Shown here piece after piece: positions 1-12,229 of a stretch of DNA of 64,000 nucleotides. Below the pieces are notes generated by a model. It ran no database searches and was not told where the DNA came from. It saw nothing but the letters and a program-made list of their open reading frames with translations. The first letter of the stretch is position 1; each line of letters opens with the position of its first letter. Origin of the DNA: Isurus oxyrinchus (Eukaryota); the NCBI GenBank assembly GCA_026770705.1, contig JANJGN010000150.1, forward strand, positions 868,001-932,000. The letters are read 5' to 3'. The position numbers and the translations under genes were made by a program.

Positions 1-59
1 TACATGAGGCATGTTGCTAATTTCAAATGTCATCTGAAATATGGCAGGTCTGACAGAGC

Positions 60-335
60 AGCATTCCCTCAGTGCCCACCCTCTGACAGTGCAGCACTCC
101 CTCAGCATTGACCCTTTGAGAGTGCAGCACTCCTTCAGTATTGACCCTCTGGAAGTGCAGCACTCCCTCAGCACTGACCCTCTGGGAGTGCAGCTCTCCC
201 TCAGTACCGACCCTCTGGAAGTGCAGCACTCCCTCTGTGCTAACCCTCCAACAGTGCAGCACTCTCTCAGTACTGACCCTCTGACAGTGCAGCACTCCCT
301 CAGTACTGACCCTCCAACAGTGCAGCACTCCCTCA
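60..335 (+). repeat. 33-bp minisatellite (CAGTGCAGCACTCCCTCAGTACTGACCCTCTGA), SINE-derived
   Basis: Tandem 33-bp units are directly visible and produce the spurious VQHSLSTDPLT/EGVLHCQRVST ORFs. Other arrays at about 2420-2520, 17205-17540, 19550-20100, 22750-23000, 36350-36700, 38330-38730, 40730-40980, 48580-48760 and 56045-56570. Confidence 0.95.
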
Positions 336-1759
336 CTGGGAAGAGTCCGTCCGCATTTTAAGCTGAAACCTTGAGACGGTCTCAAAATCCCAACCTTCCA
401 TCTCAGAGACAGAGAGTGCGTTTATGTGAGAGAGAGAGACAATGTATGTGTGAGAGACTGAGAGTGTGTATGTGTGAGAGAGCAAAAGAGAGGTAGAGTG
501 TGTGTGCATGAGAGAGGGAGGTAGCTTGTGTGTGTGAGAGAGAGAGTGTGTGTGAGAGAAAGAGAACGTCTGTGAGAGTGTGAGAGAATTTATGTGTGAG
601 AGAGAAAGATAGAGAGAATGTGCGTGTGAGATAGTGTGTGTGCAAAAGAGAGTGTGTGTCTGTGAGAGAGTGTTTGTGTATGTGAGAGTGTGTGTGTGAG
701 ATCATGTGTGTGTGTGTGTTTGAGAAAGAGGGTGTGTGTGTTTGAGAGAGGGAGTGTGCGAGAAAAAGTTGGTGTGAGTGTTTGAGGGAGGGGGAGATTG
801 TGTGTTTGAGACAGGGAGTGAGAGAGAACATGTGTGTGAGAGAGAGAGTGTGTGTGTATGTGTGTGTGTGAAAGAGAAAGTGTTTGTGCAAAACAGTGTG
901 TGTTTGAGAGTATGTGTGCATGTGTGAGTGTGTGTGTGTGTGTGCTAATGTTTGTGTTTGTGTGTGTGTGAGGGTTTGTGTGTGAGTGAGTTTGTGCGTT
1001 TGTGTGCATGTGTGTGTGCATGTGTGTGCGTGAAAGAGTGTTTGTGCAAAAGAGTGTGTGCTTGAGAGTATGTGTGCATGTGTGAGTGTGTGTGTGTGCT
1101 AGTGTTTGTGTGTGCGTGNNNNNNNNNNNNNNNNNNNNNNNNNNNNNNNNNNNNNNNNNNNNNNNNNNNNNNNNNNNNNNNNNNNNNNNNNNNNNNNNNN
1201 NNNNNNNNNNNNNNNNNNNNNNNNNNNNNNNNNNNNNNNNNNNNNNNNNNNNNNNNNNNNNNNNNNNNNNNNNNNNNNNNNNNNNACAGTTACACACGTT
1301 GCTAGGGACCACTTTTCCGCCTCTCTGTCAGACTGTGTGTATCTGACAGCAGGTCAGGCAGAAATAGTCCAGAATGCGCTGTGGTTTTGTAGCATTGAAA
1401 CAACGACATGAACTAAATGAGTGCTGCACCAAATAAAGACATGGAGTTACCACACCAAAAAACCACGTGACTTCCCCAGTTTCACATCTCCCTCAAACAC
1501 AGAAAAACTGGGTTAACACTGACCCTCCTCCCAGAGCCAGTTCACCTTGTGTCCGATGCAGTCAGGAGAGGAAGATCATCTCTCCTCCGATCCTGCTAAA
1601 CTGAACATTTCCAGAATTAGATCAGCTCCCTGAAGTGTCTCCAGTTAGACATTCATCTGACAGGATTGACTCTACAACCCTGGGGACTCATTCTCCTGTA
1701 AGTAAAACACTTGCTGCTCCTGTCAAATCTCTTCTGTACAGCATGGTCTCTGGATGTCC

Positions 1760-2040
1760 CAGAACACTTTACAATAGAGTTCACCCTTTTTTCGAAGTGT
1801 GGTTACTGTTGTAATGTAGGAAACGCAGCAGCCAATTAGCGCACAGCAAGCTCCCACAAACAGCAATGTGATCACCTGTTTTTGGTGATGTTGGGTGAGG
1901 GATAAATATTGGTCCCAGGACACCGGGCAGATCTCCCCCCTGCTCTTCCTCCAAATAGTGGCTGTGGGATCTTTCACACCCGCCCGAGAGGGCAGACGGG
2001 GGACTCGGTTTAGTGTCTAATATTGGACTAATCTCCAGGC
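1760..2040 (-). mobile_element. Shark-type SINE fragment (Deu/SacSINE-like family)
   Basis: GTAATGTAGGAAACGCAGCAGCCAATTAGCGCACAGCAAGCTCCCACAAACAGCAATGTGAT...GAGGGATAAATATTGG recurs at about 17560-17860, 19270-19440, 33890-34070, 38840-39010, 40420-40720 and 58180-58340. The family name is from memory. Confidence 0.7.
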
Positions 2041-2999
2041 GAGGTTGGCTGGATGGATTATTGACAAGGTCCATTCACCCTGTAAAGAGTTTCTCTGGTT
2101 TGAAATACCCGATCAAACATCGAGTTCTGTGTCTAAACCTTGTGTTGAAAAGACACCTTTCCAGCTCTTCACCTGCCATTAGCTTGTTGAGTCTTCACAT
2201 GCTCCGTCTGTCTGTGACCAACCCCTCTTAGCTCATCCTTTCCTTGTCATACATCGAGCTGTTCATCCTGACGGGTTCCATCCTTCCCAGTAACACTCCA
2301 TCTCCGACAACAAACTAACTCCCAACACGTTGATGAATTGTATGGATTCCAGCGTCAGTTGGTTCTGTCTGAGGCTGTTTCTCTGATCGGGGACCGAGCT
2401 GTTCTGAATGGACATTGTGTTCAGTACTGATCCTCCGACAGTGCAGCACTCCCTCAGTACTTACCCTCTGACAGTGCAGCACGCCCTCAGTACTGATCCT
2501 CTGACAGTGCAGCACTCCCTCACCACTCCCTCACTGGGGAGAATCTACCTGGGTTTTGAGCTGAAATCATGAGCAGGTCATAAAACATTCTGTATCAGAG
2601 AGAGAGAGAGTGTCTGAGAGACAGAGAGAGACAGAGAGACTGTGTGAGAGAGAAAAAGAGATAGAGAGAGTCTGTGCATGTGTGAGGGAGAGTGTTTGTA
2701 TATGAGGGAGAGAGTGTGCATGTGAGAGTGTGTGAGAGAGAGTGTGTGGGAGAGAGAGTGTGTTTGTGACAGAGAGTGTGTGTGTGTGTGAGGGAGAGAA
2801 AGAGAGAGACAGCAGAAGATCGAGATGAAGAGAAATGTTAAATGTTTGAGAGAGAGAGAATGTGTGTGTCTGAGAGAGAGATTGTGTGTGTATGAGAGAG
2901 AGTGTGTGCTTGACAGAAAGAGAGATTGTGTTAGTTTTAGGGAAAGTGTGTGAGTGTGTGAGAGAGTGTTTGTGTCTGAGAGAGAGAGAGAATGTATTT

Positions 3000-5900
3000 G
3001 AGGGAGGGAGACAGAGAGAATGTGTGTGTGAGAGAGAGAGAGAGCAGAAGAGTGTGATAGAGAGAGATTGTGAGTGTTAGAGAGAGAATGTGTGTGTGTG
3101 AGAGAGAAAGATCGAGCAGAAGAGTGCGATAGAGAGAGATTGTGAGTGTTAGAGAGAGAATGTGTGTGTGTGAGAGAGAGAGATAGAGCAGAAGAGTGCG
3201 ATAGAGAGAGATTGTGAGTGTTAGAGAATGTGTGTTTGTGTGAGAGAGAGATAGAGCAGAAGAGTGTGATAGAGAGAGATTGTGAATGTTAGAGAGAAAA
3301 TGTGTGTGTGAGAGAGAGAGAGAGATAGAGCAGAAGAGTGTGATAGAGATTGTGAGTGTTAGAGAGAGAATGTGTGCGAGAGAGAGAAAGAGATAGAGCA
3401 GAAGAGTGTGATAGAGAGAGATTGTGAGTGTTAGAGAGAGAATGTGTGTGTGTGAGAGAGAGAGATAGAGCAGAAGAGTGTGATAGAGATTGTGAGTGTT
3501 AGAGAGAGAATGTGTGTGTGTGTGTGAGAGATAGAGCAGAGGAGTGTGATAGAGAGAGATTGTGAGTGTTAGAGAGAGAATGTGTGTGTGATAGAGAGAG
3601 AGATAGAGCACAGGAGTGTGATAGAGAGAGATTGTGAGTGTTAGACAGAGAATGTGTGTGTGTGAGAGAGAGAGAGATAGAGCAGAAGAGTGCGATAGAG
3701 AGAGATTGTGAGTGTTAGAGAGAGAATGTGTGTGTGTGAGAGAGAGAGAGATAGAGCAGAAGAGTGTGATAGAGAGAGATTGTGAGTGTTAGAGAGAGAA
3801 TGTGTGTGTGTGAGAGAGAGAGAGATAGAGCAGAAGAGTGTGATAGAGATTGTGAGTGTTAGAGAGAGAATGTGTGTGTGTGTGTGAGAGAGATAGAGCA
3901 GAAGAGTGTGATAGAGAGAGACTGTGAGTGTTAGAGAGAGAATGTGTGTGATAGAGAGAGAGATAGAGCAGAAGAGTGTGATAGAGAGAGATTGTGAGTG
4001 TTAGAGAGAGAATGTGTGTGTGAGAGAGAGAGATAGAGCAGAAGAGTGCGATAGAGAGAGATTGTGAGTGTTAGAGAGAGAATGTGTGTGTGTGAGAGAG
4101 AGAGAGATAGAGCAGAAGAGTGTGATAGAGAGAGATTGTGAGTGTTAGAGAGAGAATGTGTGTGTGTGAGAGAGAGATAGAGCAGAAGAGTGCGATAGAG
4201 AGAGATTGTGAGTGTTAGAGAGAGAATGTGTGTTTGTGAGAGAGAGAGATAGAGCAGAAGAGTGCGATAGAGAGAGATTGTGAGTGTTAGAGAGAGAATG
4301 TGTGTGTGTGAGAGAGAGAGAGATAGAGCAGAAGAGTGTGATAGAGAGAGATTGTGAGTGTTAGAGAGAGAATGTGTGTGTGTGAGAGAGATAGAGCAGA
4401 AGAGTGTGATAGAGAGAGATTGTGATTGTTAGAGAGAGAATGTGTGTTTGTGAGAGAGAGAGAGCAGAAGAGTGCGATAGAGAGAGATTGTGTTTGTGAG
4501 AGAGAGAGAGAGAGCAGAAGAGTGCGATAGAGAGAGATTGTGAGTGTTAGAGAGAGAATGTGTGTGTGTGAGAGAGAGAGAGATAGAGCAAAGGAGTGTG
4601 ATAGAGAGAGATTGTGAGTGTTAGAGAGAGAATGTGTGTGTGATAGAGAGAGAGATAGAGCACAGGAGTGTGATAGAGAGAGATTGTGAGTGTTAGAGAG
4701 AGAATGTGTGTGTGTGAGAGAGAGAGAGATAGAGCAGAAGAGTGTGATAGAGAGAGATTGTGAGTGTTAGAGAGAGAATGTGTGTGTGTGAGAGAGAGAT
4801 AGAGCAGAAGAGTGCGATAGAGAGAGATTGTGAGTGTTAGAGAGAGAATGTGTGTTTGTGAGAGAGAGAGATAGAGCAGAAGAGTGCGATAGAGAGAGAT
4901 TGTGAGTGTTAGAGAGAGAATGTGTGTGTGTGAGAGAGAGAGAGATAGAGCAGAAGAGTGTGATAGAGAGAGATTGTGAGTGTTAGAGAGAGAATGTGTG
5001 TGTGTGAGAGAGATAGAGCAGAAGAGTGTGATAGAGAGAGATTGTGATTGTTAGAGAGAGAATGTGTGTTTGTGAGAGAGAGAGAGCAGAGGAGTGCGAT
5101 AGAGAGAGATTGTGTTTGTGAGAGAGAGAGAGAGAGCAGAAGAGTGTGATAGAGAGAGATTGTGAGTGTTAGAGAGAGAATGTGTGTGTGTGAGAGAGAG
5201 AGATAGAGCAGAAGAGTGTGATAGAGATTGTGAGTGTTAGAGAGAGAATGTGTGTGTGTGTGTGAGAGATAGAGCAGAGGAGTGTGATAGAGAGAGATTG
5301 TGAGTGTTAGAGAGAGAATGTGTGTGTGATAGAGAGAGAGATAGAGCACAGGAGTGTGATAGAGAGAGATTGTGAGTGTTAGACAGAGAATGTGTGTGTG
5401 TGAGAGAGAGAGAGATAGAGCAGAAGAGTGCGATAGAGAGAGATTGTGAGTGTTAGAGAGAGAATGTGTGTGTGTGAGAGAGAGAGAGATAGAGCAGAAG
5501 AGTGTGATAGAGAGAGATTGTGAGTGTTAGAGAGAGAATGTGTGTGTGTGAGAGAGAGAGAGATAGAGCAGAAGAGTGTGATAGAGATTGTGAGTGTTAG
5601 AGAGAGAATGTGTGTGTGTGTGTGAGAGAGATAGAGCAGAAGAGTGTGATAGAGAGAGACTGTGAGTGTTAGAGAGAGAATGTGTGTGATAGAGAGAGAG
5701 ATAGAGCAGAAGAGTGTGATAGAGAGAGATTGTGAGTGTTAGAGAGAGAATGTGTGTGTGAGAGAGAGAGATAGAGCAGAAGAGTGCGATAGAGAGAGAT
5801 TGTGAGTGTTAGAGAGAGAATGTGTGTGTGTGAGAGAGAGAGAGATAGAGCAGAAGAGTGTGATAGAGAGAGATTGTGAGTGTTAGAGAGAGAATGTGTG

Positions 5901-8900
5901 TGTGTGAGAGAGAGATAGAGCAGAAGAGTGCGATAGAGAGAGATTGTGAGTGTTAGAGAGAGAATGTGTGTTTGTGAGAGAGAGAGATAGAGCAGAAGAG
6001 TGCGATAGAGAGAGATTGTGAGTGTTAGAGAGAGAATGTGTGTGTGTGAGAGAGAGAGAGATAGAGCAGAAGAGTGTGATAGAGAGAGATTGTGAGTGTT
6101 AGAGAGAGAATGTGTGTGTGTGAGAGAGATAGAGCAGAAGAGTGTGATAGAGAGAGATTGTGATTGTTAGAGAGAGAATGTGTGTTTGTGAGAGAGAGAG
6201 AGCAGAAGAGTGCGATAGAGAGAGATTGTGTTTGTGAGAGAGAGAGAGAGAGCAGAAGAGTGCGATAGAGAGAGATTGTGAGTGTTAGAGAGAGAATGTG
6301 TGTGTGTGAGAGAGAGAGAGATAGAGCAAAGGAGTGTGATAGAGAGAGATTGTGAGTGTTAGAGAGAGAATGTGTGTGTGATAGAGAGAGAGATAGAGCA
6401 CAGGAGTGTGATAGAGAGAGATTGTGAGTGTTAGAGAGAGAATGTGTGTGTGTGAGAGAGAGAGAGATAGAGCAGAAGAGTGTGATAGAGAGAGATTGTG
6501 AGTGTTAGAGAGAGAATGTGTGTGTGTGAGAGAGAGATAGAGCAGAAGAGTGCGATAGAGAGAGATTGTGAGTGTTAGAGAGAGAATGTGTGTTTGTGAG
6601 AGAGAGAGATAGAGCAGAAGAGTGCGATAGAGAGAGATTGTGAGTGTTAGAGAGAGAATGTGTGTGTGTGAGAGAGAGAGAGATAGAGCAGAAGAGTGTG
6701 ATAGAGAGAGATTGTGAGTGTTAGAGAGAGAATGTGTGTGTGTGAGAGAGATAGAGCAGAAGAGTGTGATAGAGAGAGATTGTGATTGTTAGAGAGAGAA
6801 TGTGTGTTTGTGAGAGAGAGAGAGCAGAGGAGTGCGATAGAGAGAGATTGTGTTTGTGAGAGAGAGAGAGAGAGCAGAAGAGTGTGATAGAGAGAGATTG
6901 TGAGTGTTAGAGAGAGAATGTGTGTGTGTGAGAGAGAGAGATAGAGCAGAAGAGTGTGATAGAGATTGTGAGTGTTAGAGAGAGAATGTGTGTGTGTGTG
7001 TGAGAGATAGAGCAGAGGAGTGTGATAGAGAGAGATTGTGAGTGTTAGAGAGAGAATGTGTGTGTGATAGAGAGAGAGATAGAGCACAGGAGTGTGATAG
7101 AGAGAGATTGTGAGTGTTAGACAGAGAATGTGTGTGTGTGAGAGAGAGAGAGATAGAGCAGAAGAGTGCGATAGAGAGAGATTGTGAGTGTTAGAGAGAG
7201 AATGTGTGTGTGTGAGAGAGAGAGAGATAGAGCAGAAGAGTGTGATAGAGAGAGATTGTGAGTGTTAGAGAGAGAATGTGTGTGTGTGAGAGAGAGAGAG
7301 ATAGAGCAGAAGAGTGTGATAGAGATTGTGAGTGTTAGAGAGAGAATGTGTGTGTGTGTGTGAGAGAGATAGAGCAGAAGAGTGTGATAGAGAGAGACTG
7401 TGAGTGTTAGAGAGAGAATGTGTGTGATAGAGAGAGAGATAGAGCAGAAGAGTGTGATAGAGAGAGATTGTGAGTGTTAGAGAGAGAATGTGTGTGTGAG
7501 AGAGAGAGATAGAGCAGAAGAGTGCGATAGAGAGAGATTGTGAGTGTTAGAGAGAGAATGTGTGTGTGTGAGAGAGAGAGAGATAGAGCAGAAGAGTGTG
7601 ATAGAGAGAGATTGTGAGTGTTAGAGAGAGAATGTGTGTGTGTGAGAGAGAGATAGAGCAGAAGAGTGCGATAGAGAGAGATTGTGAGTGTTAGAGAGAG
7701 AATGTGTGTTTGTGAGAGAGAGAGATAGAGCAGAAGAGTGCGATAGAGAGAGATTGTGAGTGTTAGAGAGAGAATGTGTGTGTGTGAGAGAGAGAGAGAT
7801 AGAGCAGAAGAGTGTGATAGAGAGAGATTGTGAGTGTTAGAGAGAGAATGTGTGTGTGTGAGAGAGATAGAGCAGAAGAGTGTGATAGAGAGAGATTGTG
7901 ATTGTTAGAGAGAGAATGTGTGTTTGTGAGAGAGAGAGAGCAGAAGAGTGCGATAGAGAGAGATTGTGTTTGTGAGAGAGAGAGAGAGAGCAGAAGAGTG
8001 CGATAGAGAGAGATTGTGAGTGTTAGAGAGAGAATGTGTGTGTGTGAGAGAGAGAGAGATAGAGCAAAGGAGTGTGATAGAGAGAGATTGTGAGTGTTAG
8101 AGAGAGAATGTGTGTGTGATAGAGAGAGAGATAGAGCACAGGAGTGTGATAGAGAGAGATTGTGAGTGTTAGAGAGAGAATGTGTGTGTGTGAGAGAGAG
8201 AGAGATAGAGCAGAAGAGTGTGATAGAGAGAGATTGTGAGTGTTAGAGAGAGAATGTGTGTGTGTGAGAGAGAGATAGAGCAGAAGAGTGCGATAGAGAG
8301 AGATTGTGAGTGTTAGAGAGAGAATGTGTGTTTGTGAGAGAGAGAGATAGAGCAGAAGAGTGCGATAGAGAGAGATTGTGAGTGTTAGAGAGAGAATGTG
8401 TGTGTGTGAGAGAGAGAGAGATAGAGCAGAAGAGTGTGATAGAGAGAGATTGTGAGTGTTAGAGAGAGAATGTGTGTGTGTGAGAGAGATAGAGCAGAAG
8501 AGTGTGATAGAGAGAGATTGTGATTGTTAGAGAGAGAATGTGTGTTTGTGAGAGAGAGAGAGCAGAGGAGTGCGATAGAGAGAGATTGTGTTTGTGAGAG
8601 AGAGAGAGAGAGCAGAAGAGTGTGATAGAGAGAGATTGTGAGTGTTAGAGAGAGAATGTGTGTGTGTGAGAGAGAGAGAGATAGAGCAAAGGAGTGTGAT
8701 AGAGAGAGATTGTGAGTGTTAGAGAGAGAATGTGTGTGTGATAGAGAGAGAGATAGAGCACAGGAGTGTGATAGAGAGAGATTGTGAGTGTTAGAGAGAG
8801 AATGTGTGTGTGAGAGAGAGAGAGATAGAGCAGAAGAGTGCGATAGAGAGAGATTGTGAATGTTAGAGAGAGAATGTGTGTTTGTGAGAGAGAGAGAGAG

Positions 8901-9480
8901 CAGAAGAGTGCGATAGAGAGAGATTGTGTTTGTGAGACAGAGAGAGAGAGCAGTAGAGTGAGATAGAAAGAGATTGTGAGTGTTAGAGAGAGAATGTGTG
9001 TGTGTGAGAGAGAGAGATAGAGCAGAAGAGTGCGATAGAGAGAGATTGTGAATGTTAGAGAGAGATTGTGTTTGTGAGAGAGAGAGAGAGAGCAGTAGAG
9101 TGCGATAGAGAGAGATTGTGTTTGTTAGAGAGAGAAGGTGTGTGTGTGAGAGAGAGAGAGAGAGAGCAGAAGAGTGCGATAGAGAGAGATTGTGATTGTT
9201 AGAGAGAGAATGTGTGTGAGAGAGAGAGAGAGAGATAGAGCACAGGAGTGTGATAGAGAGAGATTGTGAGTGTTAGAGAGAGAATGTGTGTGTGTGAGAG
9301 AGAGAGATAGTGCAGAAGAGTGTGATAGAGAGAGATTGTGTTTGTCAGAGAGAGAATGTGTGTGTGTGAGAGAGAGAGATAGAGCAGAAGAGTGTGATCG
9401 AGAGAGATTGAGTGTTAGAGAGAGAATGTGTGTGTGTGAGAGAGAGAGATAGAGCAGAAGAGTGCGATAGATAGAGATTG
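3000..9480. repeat. About 70-bp GA/GT-rich satellite with a 1738-bp higher-order repeat
   Basis: Monomer is about GATAGAGCAGAAGAGTG(T/C)GATAGAGAGAGATTGTGAGTGTTAGAGAGAGAATGTGTGTGTGTGAGAGAGA. Diagnostic variants recur every 1738 bp (ttagacagag near 3641/5379/7117; ORF starts at 3611, 5349, 7087). Confidence 0.95.
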
Positions 9481-9704
9481 TGAGGACTAAACTCACTGAG
9501 AGAAAAAGCTGGACACCCAGCACAGGGAGTGAGGGAACAATGAATTTTTGCCGTGTTTGGTGAATCGGTTTGCGATGTCCCTTCTCAATCTCTCCTTCCT
9601 TGTCTTGACATTAGATAATTCCCTGGGGCTGTTTAATTCCCTGAAAGGTGCCATTTAAAGGTGCCATTTAATGCAGTAAAACATCCTTATTGCTTCACAG
9701 GATT

Positions 9705-10170
9705 CCCCCACAAGGGGTAACATCCCCTCAGCATCCACCCTGTCAAACCCCCCACCACCTCAGAATCTTATATGTTTCAATAAGATCACCTCTCATTCTT
9801 CTAAACTCCAATGGATACAGTCCCAACCTGCTCAACATTTCCTCATAAGACAAACCCCCTTCATCCCAGGAATCAGCCCAGTGAACCTCCTCTGAACTGC
9901 CTCCAATGCAGAGTCTATCCCTCCCTAAGTAAGGAGACCAGAACTGTACACACTGCTCCTGATACAATCTCACCAACGCCCTGTACAGTTGTAGCAAGAC
10001 TTCCCTCCTTTTATACTCCATCCCTTTGCAATAAAGGTCAACATTCCACTTGCCTTCCTCATTCCGTGCTGTTCCTGAATGCTGACTTTCTGTGATTCAT
10101 GTACAAGGACACCCAGATCCCTCTGTACCACATTCTGCTGCCTCTCTCCATTGAAGTAATATTCTGCTTT
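9705..10170 (-). mobile_element. CR1 LINE 3' (post-RT) fragment
   Basis: Translation MEYKRREVLLQLYRALVRLYQEQCVQFWSPYL...LYPLEFRRMRGDLIETYKIL is the typical CR1 ORF2 C-terminus. Inverted copy at about 45370-45835. Confidence 0.9.
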
Positions 10171-10204
10171 TTGATGTCCTGTCTCTTCCCTTGTTGCCTT
10201 TCAG

Positions 10205-10506
10205 GAGTGACGTCAGAGGGATGGTCTATGAAGGCGCTGCCTCGGAGGGCCATCAGCAGCTCTTGTGTGGTTATTCCGTGTAGCTTTGACTTTCCTTCCC
10301 ACTCTTACACAGCACTGCACGGAGCTTGGTATAAATATTGGTATAGATGGAAATATACCATCACATACACCAAAGATCCCAATTATGGGGTGGCCACATT
10401 CGTGGGACGTGCTAAAATAATCGGCGACTTGGAAGGGAAGAATTGTTCGGTGAGGATTGACAGTCTCAGAGCTGAAGACAGTGACGTGTATTACACCCAA
10501 TTCTAA
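10205..10506 (+). pseudogene. Siglec/MAG-like V-set Ig exon, truncated after DSDVYY by a Gypsy remnant; leader exon deleted in this arm
   Basis: Phase-1 acceptor cctttcag|GA GTG. GWSMKALPRRAISSSCVVIPCSFDFP...GAWY...GRAKIIGDLEGKNCSVRIDSLRAEDSDVYY shows the Siglec CxxIPC and NCS cysteines. Runs into gag sequence at about 10495, stop at 10504-10506. Confidence 0.85.
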
Positions 10507-11630
10507 ATCTTTTCACCAATTAGTCGTCCTCATGAAGATGTATTTTCAGCTGAAGCCGTGGGTAATAATGCAGAGGTTTAAGTTTAACTCCAGAGTAAGG
10601 GCCCAGGGAGAGTCCATCGCAACCTATACAGTGAAGTGGAAGCAGGTGACTGAGCACTGGGACCTCGGAGACACACTCAATGACATGTTGCGGGGCCGAT
10701 TGGTTTGTGTCGTTCACCCCAACGCCATTCAGAGCCGTTTACTCGCAGAAGCCGACATCGATTTGAAGCGCACCATGGAAATAGCGCCAGGCATGGAAAG
10801 TGCTGGGAGAGACTGGCGGGATTTACAGGATGTACAACATGGCGCCAGTCCTCAGCTGGGACAGGAACCAACCACCGGGCGTGAGGCTCAAACTGGAGAG
10901 AGAGAGAGAGAGAGAGAGACAGCCGCCAAGCGAGAGACAGTCTCTGCCGCTCCAGAAACTAAAAGGCTTCGTGGGAGTATTTCAGCAGCAACTCCGAAGT
11001 TGGCCTGTTCTCGATGTGGGGGGCATTGAGCACGTACTGGACACCTGCAGGTTCAAGGGGGCAGAATGCCATCACTGCCACAAGAAAGGGGCGGGTAATA
11101 AAGCAATGCAGGGTGAAATCGAGACAGCCCATCAGGCAGTGCACCAACATGATGGAAGTGAATAATATCACAGAGCCTGAAGCTGCTGATACCGATGTCT
11201 ATTCCCTGTCCAATGTCACAGTGGTAAAAACTGAACCTATAACCATCACAACCCAAGTGAATGGGCAGCCACTAGTAATGGGGCAGATACGGGAGCCTCA
11301 GACACAGTGGTGGAAGAGCCCACATTTAAACAGCTAAATGAAGGAACCCAGACGCTGAATTTAGAGCAAACAATGGATCAGCTGAAGACACACACTGGAG
11401 AATCCATACAGGGAAAGGACCTCATCCCAGTACCTGTGTCCTACAGGCAGCAGACAGCCCAGCTTCCAGTGATCATAGCGACAGGTGAGGGCCCTAGTCT
11501 TCTGGGCCGAGACTGGTTCCAGAAAACCAAGCTCAGCTGCTCTGAAATGTTTCACTGGAGGAGTTGCTGAGTTGCTGGGGGAATATGAGAGTGTATCTCG
11601 GAATGAGTTTGAAGAATTGAAGCATCCTCA
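10495..11630 (+). mobile_element. Degenerate Ty3/Gypsy gag - zinc knuckle - protease fragment (no RT, no 5' LTR)
   Basis: KPWVIMQRFKFNSRVRAQGESIATY...DTLNDMLRGRLVC...IQSRLLAE (gag), CHHCHKKG knuckle, frameshifted ADTGAS protease site near 11283-11300, and GPSLLGRDW. Confidence 0.9.
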
Positions 11631-11864
11631 CAGGCTGCAAGTGTCCCTCAGGTCAGAGTTGGTTCCACTGGAAAATCCTGAAGAGAAAGAAAGCGAATTC
11701 TGTGCCGCTCTGAGCAAACTGAAGAAACAGTTGGCAGGGAAGACCCAACCATGTCCAATGTTCCAGGAGGAAGGCAAGAGATACAAGGAAGAGACTGAAG
11801 AGCTGAAGATTCAGCTGAATGAAACCAAAGAGGCAGTTACAGTATCACAACAAGTTTACAGTGC

Positions 11865-12229
11865 AGAAGGAGGCCATTCAGCCGGTCGAGCCTGTTACAC
11901 AGGAACAGAAGGGGGCCATTCAGCCCATTGAGCCTGTTACACAGATACAGGAAGAGGCCATTCAGCCCCTCGAGCCTGTTACACAGGAACAGGAGCAAGC
12001 CCATTCAGCCACTGATGTCTGTTACACAGGAATGGAAGGAGGCCCATTTAGCTCCTCAAGCCTGTTACACAGGAACTGGAGGAGGCCCATTCAGCCCCCT
12101 CGAGCCTGTTACACAAGAACAGGAGGAGGCCCATTCAGCCCCATTGAGCCTGTTACACAGAAAAAGGACGAGGCCCATTCAGCCACTGATGCCCGTTACA
12201 CAGGAACAGGAGGAGGCCATTCAGCCCCT
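11865..12229 (+). repeat. About 42-bp tandem repeat (GGAGGAGGCCATTCAGCCCCTCGAGCCTGTTACACAGGAACA)
   Basis: Visible tandem units that resemble the reverse-strand CR1 3' end (compare 32380-32410). Longer array in arm B at 43135-43670. Confidence 0.85.

Noticed and set aside
60-335. 33-bp arrays as CRISPR repeats or as repeat-protein ORFs (also PSDSAALPQFR at 36327-36875)
   Set aside because: Head-to-tail units with no unique spacers, embedded in SINEs, in eukaryotic DNA. The ORFs arise because the unit length is a multiple of 3.
1119-1285. N runs (also 23594-23772, 50255-50574, 51461-51696, 60318-60455) hiding exons
   Set aside because: They are short, and where a paralogous position or flank is visible it is CA or CT microsatellite. 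Their content cannot be read.
403-9523. Long His/Thr/Leu/Ser-rich ORFs
   Set aside because: Translations of CA/GA microsatellite and the 70-bp satellite.
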